Shown piece by piece: positions 50,205 through 61,720 of a stretch of DNA of 64,000 nucleotides; the stretch's first letter is position 1; every line of letters starts with the position of its first letter. This DNA is from Takakia lepidozioides (Eukaryota; Plantae; Bryophyta). Made by a program: the position numbers and the translations under genes. Under the pieces are notes generated by a model that saw only the letters and a list, made by a program, of their open reading frames with translations, was not told the DNA's origin and did no database searches. The stretch is taken from positions 51,584,001-51,648,000 of the forward strand of contig CM060731.1 in assembly GCA_030704615.1 (NCBI GenBank), in the 5' to 3' direction.

Positions 50205-52150
50205 CTACAGGATGATATCTGGCGCAATTTGACTTTTGCTGATGTCAGCATGTATCTGCTTGCCCTTTTTCAGGGCTCCTAGGCTGGCACATGCACTTAG
50301 AACACAAAGAAACGTGACCTTATTGGCTGTCACTCCTTTGTGCTGCATTTGCTCATAGATCTCAAAAGCCTCCCTACCACACCCATGCTGAGTATATCCT
50401 GTGATCATTGTGTTCCATGAGACCACATCTTGTTCAACCATACTATCAAACACTTGTCGTGCACTATCTATGCTGCCACATTTGGCATACATACCAACAA
50501 GTGTATTTCCCAGAATGTTATCTGACACAATTCCACTTTTGCTCATTTGAGCATGGACCTCTTTGCCTTTATCCAGAGCTCTGAGGCTGGCAGACACATT
50601 CAGAGCACAAATGTGTGACCTTGTCAGGAGGCACCCCCTTGCTTGTCATTTGGCTATAGAGCTCGAAAGCCTCCCTGTCACACCCATGCAGAGCATATCT
50701 TGAAATCATCACATTCCACGATACCACATCTTGATGAGCCATATTGTCGACATGCCTCGGTCATGCTCCCACATTTGGCATACATGTCGGTGAGCGCAGT
50801 TTCCAGGATCAAATTTGGAGCAATTCCAGCTTTTATCATGTTAGCATGGACCTCTTTGCTCTTCTCTAAAAGCACCTAGGCTGGCACACGCATTCAGAAC
50901 ACATATGAATGTTACCCTGTTGGGTTTCATCCCTTCCTGTTGCATTTTCTCATAGATCTCAAAAGCCTCTCTTCTGCACCCATGTTGAGCATATCCTGCA
51001 ATCATTGCATTCCATGAGACAATATTTCGTATAGCCATACTGTCAAACACTTGGCGTGCATCCTTCATGCTCCCGCATTTGGCATACATGGATAAGAGCA
51101 GTCTCCAGAATCACATCTAGCACGATTCCGGCGTTGATGAAGTCTGCATGGACCTCTTTGCCCATTTCCAGGGCCCCCAGGCCAGCACATGCATTGAGAA
51201 TGCTAGTGAATGTGACCTTGTTGGGTGCCAGTCTTTCCTCTTGCATTTGCTTATATATCTCAAGAGCTTCCCTACCACACCCATGCTGAGTATATCCTGC
51301 TATAATAATATTCCAGGTAATCATCAGCTATCCATGCCTCAGCCCAAATCATGCATATATCCTTGCCTTGCTGCTAGCAGCTGACATTGACAGCCTAGAA
51401 TTATTCCAGAAAACAACCCAACCCTACTTATCACACTAGTTCCCATGCTGACTTGCGCGATTGAAACGCGGCCTGCTAAAACCAAAGCTGACTTTCCCAA
51501 GAACCTTGTAAACATTAGGAAGAATACCCATGGAGGATTTGACTGACCATGAACCCAAGATGACCTCTTGTGTCTGCTGCTTGTGTTTGTAGTCATGTCG
51601 GATTGGTCTGTGAGAAGCACCACGGTGTAGCTGAGCGGGTGTCAATTGAAACACGGATTGCTAAGACCAACCTGACTCTCCCAAGAACCTTGTAAACATC
51701 AAGAAGAATACCAAATCATGGTACTAACAGGAGCCAATTTTGCGGTGCAGGTTGCATTTTGTCAAGCACTTGGCGTGCATCCACCACACTCCCACATTTG
51801 GAATACATGTTGACAAGGGTGTTCAACAGAAAGATGCTTGGCTTCAATCCACTTCTGAGAATATGGATGTGCACCTGCTTTCCCACTGCTAGGTCTTTCA
51901 GTTTAATGCACTCCTGCAAGAGAGGGATGTAAGTAGTGGACTCCGCCCAAATGGCTCGTTGATTCAGAATGAGCAGCACCTCTTTCAGTTGTCCTGCCTT
52001 AAATAGTGTCCTCACCATCACACGAGTGTCAGAAGAGTCCTCGTTGACTGCCTCTCTTGCTGCTCTTTCAAAACCAGTGGTGATGGTGGAGGTACTACCA
52101 CTGCCGCCAGTCTGATGTCGAAGAAGCTGTGCCTCGCCTACCTCAGCCAT
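50205..52150 (-). pseudogene. PLS-class PPR pseudogene
   Basis: PLS motifs in shifting frames, a non-PPR insert at ~51325-51730 and a truncated 3' end. The N-terminus is homologous to the other two PPRs. Confidence 0.9.
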
Positions 52151-53591
52151 CCTGCATGACTGCAAACTCTTAGTTACCTATCTTTGCAGTTAAACTTACA
52201 CACAATCTCAAAGCTTCCTGATACTTCAGAAAAAAATCCCGATGCACTTGTTGCTACCAGGTTACAAACCTACTGCAACGGTCGATCTCGAGAATAGACA
52301 ATTCTAGCTCTTGAGTTAGAACCTACAAATTATGATCGGCACAAACCTGTTGTATTCTTGGCTTGGAGCTCCAAAGTATACATCAACATCAGAACCACCA
52401 CCAGCTTGGCTCCATCGGGTATCATGGCAGCTAGCCCTGCTTTCACCTGAGGACAGTTTGACCAACGCTTGATCCCAAAGAGCCTCTTTTGTGCACCTAT
52501 ACCAGAAGTCTGGTAATCTTGGCCTTTTCTGCCAAAACCACAGCCAGGCAGCCATAGCTTCACCCACAGTCTTGCATGGACAAGCCTACAGCCACCACAG
52601 CTCCAAGCACAGCACTGAGCAACCTCAAACAAGCTACTGATAGCAACAGCAAGATTTTCTTTTGTGGCTATTTCACGTCAAAGATAAAGCTTACAGCTGC
52701 TGAAAGCATCTTGTAGAACAATCCAGTCATAGAGCATCAGCACGCCAGGCATAGTCACCAGCTTTCCTCAACAGACTCTCTGACATCCTCAATGAAGATA
52801 AACCCACCTTCTCATACCTCCTGTCCCGCAACTATGAAGAGTCTGAGATTGACTCTTGCCAGAGCCGCTGTATGGTCACTGCTTGAGCTGCGTGCAAGAA
52901 CTGTAAGAAGATGAGAAGTTGCCAGTTTCCGATTGGTGCTATGGATATCATTTCTGCATGCATACAATCTCTCTGCCTCATGCACATGAGAAACATAAAA
53001 ACCTAGCAAACCTTACAGATGTTACGAAGGAGCTTGTGGTGGTCAAGGCTAGCCTTCAAGCAAGGCTGATGGTGCATGCTACTCAAGTTCCTCCAAAGCC
53101 TGTATTTGACAAGACCTTGTCCTTAAAACATAATTTGCCATAACACCGAAGTCTTGACTCCTGACTGTAAACTGCGATGGAGCTCTAGCGCGCACATTAG
53201 AATTAGAACCAATCCATCCACCATTTCCTTGTATTCCACCATGTGTACTCCAACAAACTCTGAATCCAAAGGACCTCCTTTTTACACTTATATCTGATGT
53301 CTTGTGACCTTGGAATTCTTTGTGAAGACCAGGAGTGTGCAGCTGAGAAGCCATAGCTTTAACCACAGCCTCACACAGACCAGGCCACAGCTTTGGACAA
53401 ACATACAGGTGGTGATCACAACCAACTTATCCCACAAAAAAAAACCAGTACAATGGGATGGACAACAAAGATCTTAATCATAATTACAGCAACTGAAACC
53501 ACGGTCCAGTCTACAAAAGTACATAACAACAAGCTTGACTTACAAAAGGATCAATGTCATTCTATCCAAGGAATGCAATGATTGGGAAAAG

Positions 53592-54505
53592 ATTGTACTC
53601 ATAAGACGTTGTTTGCCGTAGCCTTGTGGCCATTGACCCCGCGCCCAGTTTGAGCGGGAACAAAAGGGACAGAACCTACCTCTGTCAGGGGCTGACGTTG
53701 GCTGACGTTGGCTGACGTTGGTAGTGAGACTTACCTTCATATATAGAATTAATCCGGGTTTTCCAGATATCCTCTAGAAATCCCTTCACACAAGCATCAA
53801 TCTGCTGTGTGTGATTTGCCCAAAAACTAGGCCTCGGGAGGGCCCGAGGTTTTGGCTCAGCCTCGAGACTTTCAAAGTTGGTAAACAGGGTACAGGCACA
53901 ATTCCCTTGATAGATTTGAAGAGAGCGTCTCTTTGGTGAGAGAACCCTGGACAGTCTATCAGAAAATGAATACTGTCTTCAGATTGCCCACACAACGGGC
54001 AATCGCACTCTCCCTTTCCTCTCTGCTTCTGTTTGCTGTTGCAGATGTTCGTCGTGGACGGAGCTGATGTTGACCACTGCAACTCTCTGATGTGAGAAGA
54101 CTTGCATTGTCTGATTCGTTCGGCAAGCTTGTTTTTGAGTGGTTCTTATTGTTATTGTTTTTGTTCTTATTGTTGGACCAGCCAGTTATAAATCGAAAAC
54201 AGCAGTGAAGTGGGTTTGTTGATGGGGGAGTCTCTGAAGAAGCACCAATATCTGCCCCAGATTTCATAGTAGGCAGGGGAAGAGAAGAAGAAATGGTGTT
54301 CTATTTCCACTTGGCTTGTATTGTAATTTGGGCAATATGCGATATTCTCTGGTGGTGCTGGTCCATCCTCCTGTCTCAATTCACCCACTCAAAGGTAGGC
54401 TTCCTACCCCGAGTTTAAATTTCAGTCTAGTGCCGAGAGTGGGTAGACCCTTGAGGTCATCCAAGATGTCCTCCCCCATGTCACTGACTGGAAACAAGTT
54501 CAGGG
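53592..54505 (-). mobile_element. LINE 3' fragment (same family as 46083-47182) with a ~350-bp internal insert
   Basis: Near-identical 3' UTR and CCHC region. The insert (~54041-54389) sits at GCTGTT^CAAAGG and contains a second LINE-type remnant (VEIEHHFFFSSPAYYEI). Confidence 0.8.
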
Positions 54506-56160
54506 AAGGGACCTGCGTAAATGAAAACCTTCTGAGTAAGAGGGTTGTTAACTACCATCTTGAGGAGCATGGTGTTGGAGATACTACGTTCTGAACATGC
54601 CAATCCTCATTCATGAACGTTGTCAATGTTGCAATATCAGTAATCCATCGTGAAATCTCTATACAATTTGTCGGTTCACCTTCGTTCGCCTCCCCCGTTC
54701 CGAGGTCTATTCCAGACTAGGGACCGGACAAAACACTAAAAATGTGGCTTGCGTCCACCTCCTCGTCCCTTTCAGAGATGCCATGTCATCAAAAAGCCAT
54801 TAGACATCAAAATCGTCACAATCAAAACCATGTGTATCTCTCTCCCTCTTTGCTCTGGATTTTCTGTTGCAGCACAACCTACTCATGGAGCCTTCAGAAA
54901 GAGCTCTCTTTGCAACATCTGCTCTTCACAGATTTGACTGTCGTGAAGGTTATATGAGCTTTGGGAAAACAGACTTGCAAACTTGCCAATACCTGCACGT
55001 GGAGAGAAGTTTTCATGATTCATGGCTTCACACTATAGAGGAACTGCAGAGCAAGGTGGAAGAAGATGGAGGCAAAGAGAGCCGTCAAGAGGCATCGTTA
55101 GATTTTGTTCACTGGAGAAGATTTGGGGCCTGCTATTTCCATGGACCCAAATTTGTTGTGCTTTGTCTGCTGAGGTGCAAAATATAGAGCGATGACGAAG
55201 CACGTTGGGGAAAACCTGTTACTTCGGTGCACTTCAAGTCACAGATTCTTCACAGGGTGTCAGATGAGGTGACTCTCTCTCTCTCTTTTCCCAATCATTC
55301 TGCGGAATGACCTGTGAAGACCCTGTGAAGAATCTGTGACTTGAAGTGCACCGAAGTAACAGGTTTTCCCCAGCGCCCCAACGTGCTTCGTCATCGCTCT
55401 ATGTTTTGCACCTCAGCAAACAAAGCACAACAAATTTGGGGCCATGGTAATAATAGGCCCCAAATCTTCTCCAGTGAACAAAACCTAACGATGCCTCTTG
55501 ACGGCTCTCTTCGCCTCCATCTTCTCCCATCTTGCTCTGCAGTTCCTCTATAGTGTGAAGCCATGAATCATGAAAACTTCTCTCCACGTGCAGGTATTGG
55601 CAAGTTTGCAAGTCTGTTTTCCCAAAGCTCATATAACCTTCACGACAGTCAAATCTGTGAAGAGCAGATGTTGCAAAGAGAGCTCTTTCTGAAGGCTCCA
55701 TGAGTAGGTTGTGCTGCAACAGGAAATCCAGAGCAAAGAGGGAGAGAGATACACATGGTTTTGATTGTGACAATTTTGATGTCTAATGGCTTTTTGATGA
55801 CATGGCATCTCTGAAAGGGACGAGGACGCAAGCCACATTTTTAGTGTTTTGTCCGGTCCCTAGTCTGGAACAGACCTCGGAAGGGGGAGGTGAACGAAGG
55901 TGAACTGACAAATTGTATAGAGACTTCACGATGGATTACTGATATTGCAACATTGACAACGTTCATGAGTGAGGATTGGCATGTTCAAAACGGATCTGTA
56001 GTATCTCCAACACCATGCTCCTCAAGATTGAACAGTTGCTCACACTACAACAATATGCTTGATTGATGGAGTCACACTACGCTGGCATTCTTGTCTGTGG
56101 TTTACGTATGGTAGTTAACAACCCTCTTACTCAGAAGGTTTTCATTTATGCAGGTCCCTT
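54506..56160. repeat. Long inverted repeat (~750-bp arms, ~60-bp spacer)
   Basis: 54506-55258 is the reverse complement of 55320-56160, whose arm has an extra ~78 bp at ~56030-56107. Mirrored ORFs appear in the track. Confidence 0.93.
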
Positions 56161-56341
56161 GCGCTCTGGAGAAAGGAGTCTTGTGGGGGGGGGGGGGGTG
56201 TTTAGGGACTTGATGATCATGTACTACTGGTGTAAGGACAACAATCTTGTTCATACTCCTTGGTTATGAGAACAATGACCAACAAACATTTCCCCCATTG
56301 TGGTTGAAGTGGTGCTCTTTCTTTCAGGCATGCTCCTTGCT

Positions 56342-56670
56342 TCACCAGTAATAACAAGAACAAAACCCGTCCTGGAAGTGGTGAAAGTGGTGGGCATCCT
56401 GTACAATATCTGTTCGACATACAATCTTCGAGATTAACTTGCTGGCGGTGTGGCAGTCACCACACACCCGAAGCTTATTGGTGAAACGATAGGTGTCCCA
56501 CGAGGTGCGCGATGAGCCCAAAAGCAATGGCCAGCTTCTCACTTTGGTGACAAAGAGAAGCTTCTGTTTGCTCCTCCTCCAAGTTGTGCGATACAGTGTA
56601 TATCTCGCACAGACCCAAGCTCCTCCCTTAGCCCAGACAATCTCTTCAGCTCAGCATAGATTTCCTCAAT
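56342..56670 (-). pseudogene. Decayed DYW deaminase domain downstream of the PPR stop
   Basis: [11 protein letters not shown] / [15 protein letters not shown] / [35 protein letters not shown] occur in different frames. Confidence 0.9.
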
Positions 56671-58863
56671 TCAAGGATGCAATGTGTCTCCAACCAGACA
56701 TGTGTGCACCTGGTTGTCGACCTCAATCCAGCTACACCCTGCCTCCTTTCTGACACTGCAGTTCTCCGTCATTTCCTTTAGCTTAGCTTTATCATCCCAC
56801 CTGCCAGCTGCAGCATAGATGCTTGATAGCAGCACATAAGCTGCAGAGTGCTGTGGATCGCTCTCGAGAATGCTTTTTGCAACACGTTCTGCTACCCCCA
56901 CATCGCCATGAACTTTGCAGGCACCAAGCAAAGTCCCCAACACTGTAGCAGCTGGTTTCACTGGCATTTTGTTAATGAAATCCTCTGCCTCATCCAGCCG
57001 CCCTGCACGGCCAAGAAGGTCCACCATGCAGCCAAAATGCTCCACTGTAGGAATAAGCCCATGATCTTCACACATGGAATCATAGTAATGGCAGCCTAAA
57101 TCCACAAGGCCCACATGGCTACATGCAGAGAGAAGGGATACAAATGTGATGCCATCCGGCCGCAAGTTTCCCAGTTGCATTTGTTCAAATAGTTGCACAA
57201 CCTCCCTGCCACACCCATGCTGTGCATATCCTGCAATCATGGTGTTCCATGACACTACATCCCGTTCCACCATAAAGTCAAAAACTTGACGAGCATCCTT
57301 CACGCTCCCACACTTGGTATACATGTCAATGAGGGTATTGTGAAGAATAATATCTGGCACAATTCTACTTACACTGATGTCAGCATGTACACATTTGCCC
57401 TTTTCCAGGGCTCCTAGGCTGGCACATGCATTTAGAACGCATGTGAACACGACCCTGTCAGGCATCATTTCTTCCCATTTCATTTGCTCATAGATCTCCA
57501 AAGCCTCCCTACCACACCTGTGGTGACCATATCCTGCGATCATTGCACTCCATGAGACCAAATCTCTTTCAGCCATGTTGTCGAAAACAGAACGTGCATC
57601 CTTTATGCTCCCGCATTTGGCATACATGTCAACAAGGGTGTTCTCCAAATTAATGTGTGATGCAATCCCGCTTTTCCTCAGGGCAGCATGAACCTGCTTG
57701 CCCTTTTCCAGGGACCCTAGGCTGGAACACGCATTGAGAACACAAGTGAAGGTGACCCTGTCAGGTGTCACACCTTCCTGCTGCATTTGCTCAAACAACT
57801 CCAAGGCCTCCCCACCACACCCATGATGTGCATATCCTGCGATCATGGAGTTCCAGGACACCACATTTTGTGTGGCCATATTGTCAAATACTTTCCGGGC
57901 ATCCTTTATGCTCCCACATTTGGCATACATGTCAACAAGGGTATTCTCCAAATTAACATATGATGTAATTCCGCTTTTCATGATGTCAGCATGGACCTCT
58001 CTGCCCTTTTCCAGGGCTCCTATGCTGGCACAAGCATTGAGAAGACAAATGAATGTGATCCTGTCCGGTCTCACACCTTCCTGTTGCATTTGCTCATATA
58101 ACTCCAAAGCCTCCCTACCACAGCCATGCAGAGCATATCCTGCAAACATTGCATTCCATGAAACCACATCTCGCTCAGCAATGTTGCTGAACACTCGATG
58201 TGCATTCTTCATGCTCCCACATTTGGCATACATGTCGATAAGGGCATTCTCCAAATTAATATATGACGCGATTCCAGCTTTGATGATGTTAGCATGGACT
58301 TCTTTGCCCATTTCCAGGGCTCCTACACTGGCACATGCATTGAGAATGCAAATGTATGTGACCTTGCTGGGTATGACCCCTTCCCCTAGCATTTGCTCAT
58401 AAACCCTTAAAGCCTCCCTACCACAACCATGCTTGACATATCCTGCTATCATTATAGTCCATGTAAACATATCTCGTTCAGGCATTTTGTCAAATAACTG
58501 GCATGCATCCACTAAGCTCCCGCACTTGGAATACATGTTCACAAGTGTGTTAAGTACAAAGACGTTTGGCTTGAATCCACTTTGGATAATGTGGGCGTGC
58601 ACCTGCTTTCCCTCTGCTAGACCTTTGCTGGCAATGCACTCCTGCAAGAGACAGGCATAAGTTCTGGAGTCTGCTTGAATGCCTTGTTGGTTCAAATTGT
58701 GCAGTGCCTCATTCAGTTTTCCTGCCTTACATAATGCCCTCACACCTCCAAAAGTGCCAGAAGAGTTCTTGCTGGCTCCCTTCCCTGGCCCTCTTTCAAA
58801 ACATGTTCTCATGGCGGAAGTCTGATATCCAGCAAACAAATGTGCCTGATTCAAACCTGCCAT
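56671..58863 (-). CDS. PLS-class PPR protein with E1/E2 and PG box (E+-like), putative organellar RNA editing factor
   Basis: 730-aa intronless ORF with five MYxKCGS S motifs, P2-L2-S2, E1 (LLGACKVHG), E2 (AAYVLLSSIYAAAGRW) and KEAGCSWIEV, ending at LHP*. Confidence 0.92.
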   Translation of the reverse strand: MAGLNQAHLFAGYQTSAMRTCFERGPGKGASKNSSGTFGGVRALCKAGKLNEALHNLNQQGIQADSRTYACLLQECIASKGLAEGKQVHAHIIQSGFKPNVFVLNTLVNMYSKCGSLVDACQLFDKMPERDMFTWTIMIAGYVKHGCGREALRVYEQMLGEGVIPSKVTYICILNACASVGALEMGKEVHANIIKAGIASYINLENALIDMYAKCGSMKNAHRVFSNIAERDVVSWNAMFAGYALHGCGREALELYEQMQQEGVRPDRITFICLLNACASIGALEKGREVHADIMKSGITSYVNLENTLVDMYAKCGSIKDARKVFDNMATQNVVSWNSMIAGYAHHGCGGEALELFEQMQQEGVTPDRVTFTCVLNACSSLGSLEKGKQVHAALRKSGIASHINLENTLVDMYAKCGSIKDARSVFDNMAERDLVSWSAMIAGYGHHRCGREALEIYEQMKWEEMMPDRVVFTCVLNACASLGALEKGKCVHADISVSRIVPDIILHNTLIDMYTKCGSVKDARQVFDFMVERDVVSWNTMIAGYAQHGCGREVVQLFEQMQLGNLRPDGITFVSLLSACSHVGLVDLGCHYYDSMCEDHGLIPTVEHFGCMVDLLGRAGRLDEAEDFINKMPVKPAATVLGTLLGACKVHGDVGVAERVAKSILESDPQHSAAYVLLSSIYAAAGRWDDKAKLKEMTENCSVRKEAGCSWIEVDNQVHTCLVGDTLHP

Positions 58864-61720
58864 AATGTAAGAATAAAAGTTTTAGTTACCAATCTCACTT
58901 CAACTTCCAATAAATCTCTTCTGAGAAAATTTGCCTGATATGCACAAGGTTATATTATTACCACAGTCATCTACCCTGAGAATAAACTGGGAAAACTCTT
59001 AAGATGGAATTGTAACCCTTGAATTATCAAAACAATACCCGTCATATTCTCGGCCTGGAGCTTCATGGGGTACATCGACATTAGGAACATCACCAGTTTG
59101 TGTTCGATCTTGTAACATGGTAGTTAGCTCCGCTTCCATCCAAGGAGGGTTCCACCAATTCTCAATCCAAAGAACCTCCTTTGTGCAGGGTTGATGATCT
59201 TGGACTTCTCTCTGAAACTGTAAGTGGAAAGCTGAACACTTTACCCACAGCCTTGGATTAGATTAGGCTTCAACAGTTTCAATAGAGTTTCACAATCATC
59301 ACTTGAATTAATAGGCTGGACACTTTGAAGAAATCAACTGCACTGCTATTGTGGTTATCAATTGTCCTGTTCAACTGTAGGAACACACTGGGGCAGGTGT
59401 AACAGACAAAGACCTTAATTGTGATTGATTACAGCAGCTGAATGGGGTAATGCTACCGGTTTACTCAGTCAGGGACAACGTGCTAGTTATGCTGGGAAGT
59501 AGATGAATGGATAACAATACAAATATCCCCGCCTCATCAACCTCATCAGACCTGTTGCCCCACTGATGCAAAGGGTCTGAGGCGTATTCTTGCCACAGCC
59601 ATTCAATTCTTATTGCTTTACCTGCATCTGCAACTGCTATGTGTACCTTTAGCACCTCAAATTGAGTCTTGTTGGAGGCATGCTAATGTAGGCTTCCCCA
59701 AATCTCTGTCTCTGTCTCTCTCACCCGCACACAGACAGTGTGAATGACAGTGCAGTCACACGTTTGTCCCATCAATGTCAGCTTTGGGGCTGGGCCAGCA
59801 AGTGCAGAATCTATTGGGTTCATCGACATCGCGTTTCTAGCAGATGATGATCCTAGCCTTTCTTCAACCCTCACTCCCTGCAACCTGGACCCAAAAAATG
59901 ACCCGAGGAGTAGCATGTCTGTACCTTCCTTCGGTTCCCCTGGAGGCTGGGGAGAAGTCAGAACCTTCACTTGCAATGGTCTTGAGGCCGGCGTTGCCAA
60001 GCTGGACGCCCAATCCAAAGCCCGGCCAGTTAATCTTCTACATGATATGGTGCTTCCCGTCCGTCCACCGCAAAGAAAAGACAGGGTCTTGGGTATGGCC
60101 TCTCTCTGCGGGCGCAGGAGAGCGCCCGAACATGCTACCATGTCTGTGCATGCGAGACTTATGGCAGCGAAGAAGAGGGCAGCAAAACAAGGTGAAATAG
60201 GATACATGCAACAAAACAAGGATAGAGGCAACTAAGTTGTTTCCTTCAATTGTTCTGCCAGGTTTTCCCTTCCCAACAAATTGTCACGAGATCATCCGTG
60301 AACCGTCCACATCTAGTCTAGTTGGTGTCTGTCAAATCCTCGAGAAGAAGGTGATCACCTAGTGCCCATACTTAGGCCCATGACACACGAGCGGCAGGAA
60401 ATTGTCGCGTTCCAAATACCAAAGGCCAGGAGTTTTGCCTATATATAGGTCCACATCAGCCTACATCAGCGATAAGATCTTGGCTGGCTACATCATACTT
60501 CGTTGGGTTCATAGACGCATACTGACGAGTGGAAAAGTCTTGTTTTGTCCTCCCAATCCGGGCTGTTGCGATATCGGCAGCTGGGCCCATCTCATGGGAG
60601 ACTGTTGCTGACAATTCTTTTCTACTGACCACTGCAGCAGTTCCTTTTAGGTCGCGTTCTTCCTCACGACGGAGCTGTGTCTCTGTTGTCCCTCACACGC
60701 GCATGAAGATTTGAAGGATCCAGATCATTCTAGGATTGTCCATACTTGATGCAGCACGGGAGTAAGACCATGGAGATGATCACTCTGGTGTGTTTTTTGG
60801 GGGGTTTTTTCGGGCAGTTGTCTATCGTTGTCATTCGTTTGCGAGCCATCCTCATACTCACGCACCGCCTGCTTTCTTGTGTTCAGCTCCCGTGATCTGC
60901 ACGCTCTGGTGCGTTCTCTCTTCAATTTCGTGCACCGCCTCTAGGATTTTCAAATGAGCTGCCGTTTGGATGTTCTGAGAGGGTAGTGGTCATGACTGCG
61001 TGAATGTACAGTTGAAGCATTGTCGTCTGTAGAAGGGTCGCATTTCCAGCACCTCGAGTAACGAGAGGGTGACTATTGCCGTGGATACCTGATGATCATC
61101 CAGCACAACAAACCATGGCAAGAATTACTCACAGATTGAGCACCCGTTGTGTTGAAAACATTTCATACATCATTCACGGTGGTCAAATTCAGCTGTGACT
61201 AAGGAGTCTTTAACTCTGGGGGGTCCATGTGAATGCGCAGCTGAAGCGTTGGCTCGCAGACCAAAATGTCTACAAAATTAAAGCCTGGTCAGTATTTGCA
61301 GTCTGGGTTACAAGAAAATGTTAAGGTCATGTATAAGCTCTTTGGACGCAGAACTTCCAGGCCTGAAGATGGTTGCAAATAACTCCAGTGCACACGGTCA
61401 TAGCTTATCGAGTGACGGGTTTTTTCTCATGGATTCAGTCAAAGACATCTTCTTAACATTCCGAAATCTGGGGGATATTGGTCATCGACAGATGATAGGA
61501 GAAGTTACTGCAGGCCAATTCCTTGGCATCCCTGTGGCTTGGGGTCAGAGGCATGGCAGGATCCTTTAAAATCCAACTCAAATGCAGCGTATCAGTACAT
61601 GGGTTTTGGAATAGTTTGTGGCTTCCACAGCATGTTATAGACATGAAATTTGAGAGCCAGGCCTCATGAAAGTGCCAGTTTCTTGACATAGGTCGAGGGC
61701 TTTGCAGAGCTATGTTCCAG

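Noticed and set aside
52316-53400. Gene remnant upstream of the PPR pseudogene
   Set aside because: The composition looks coding-like but the frames are broken and no family was recognised.
56342-56670. U-to-C (KP/GRP-type) editing domain
   Set aside because: The relic has a standard PG box, SEKLAIAFG and a CSC..W ending typical of the C-to-U DYW type, and it is frameshifted.
59683-60235. Overlapping 163-182-aa ORFs on both strands
   Set aside because: No recognisable domain or exon structure, and the coding strand cannot be determined.
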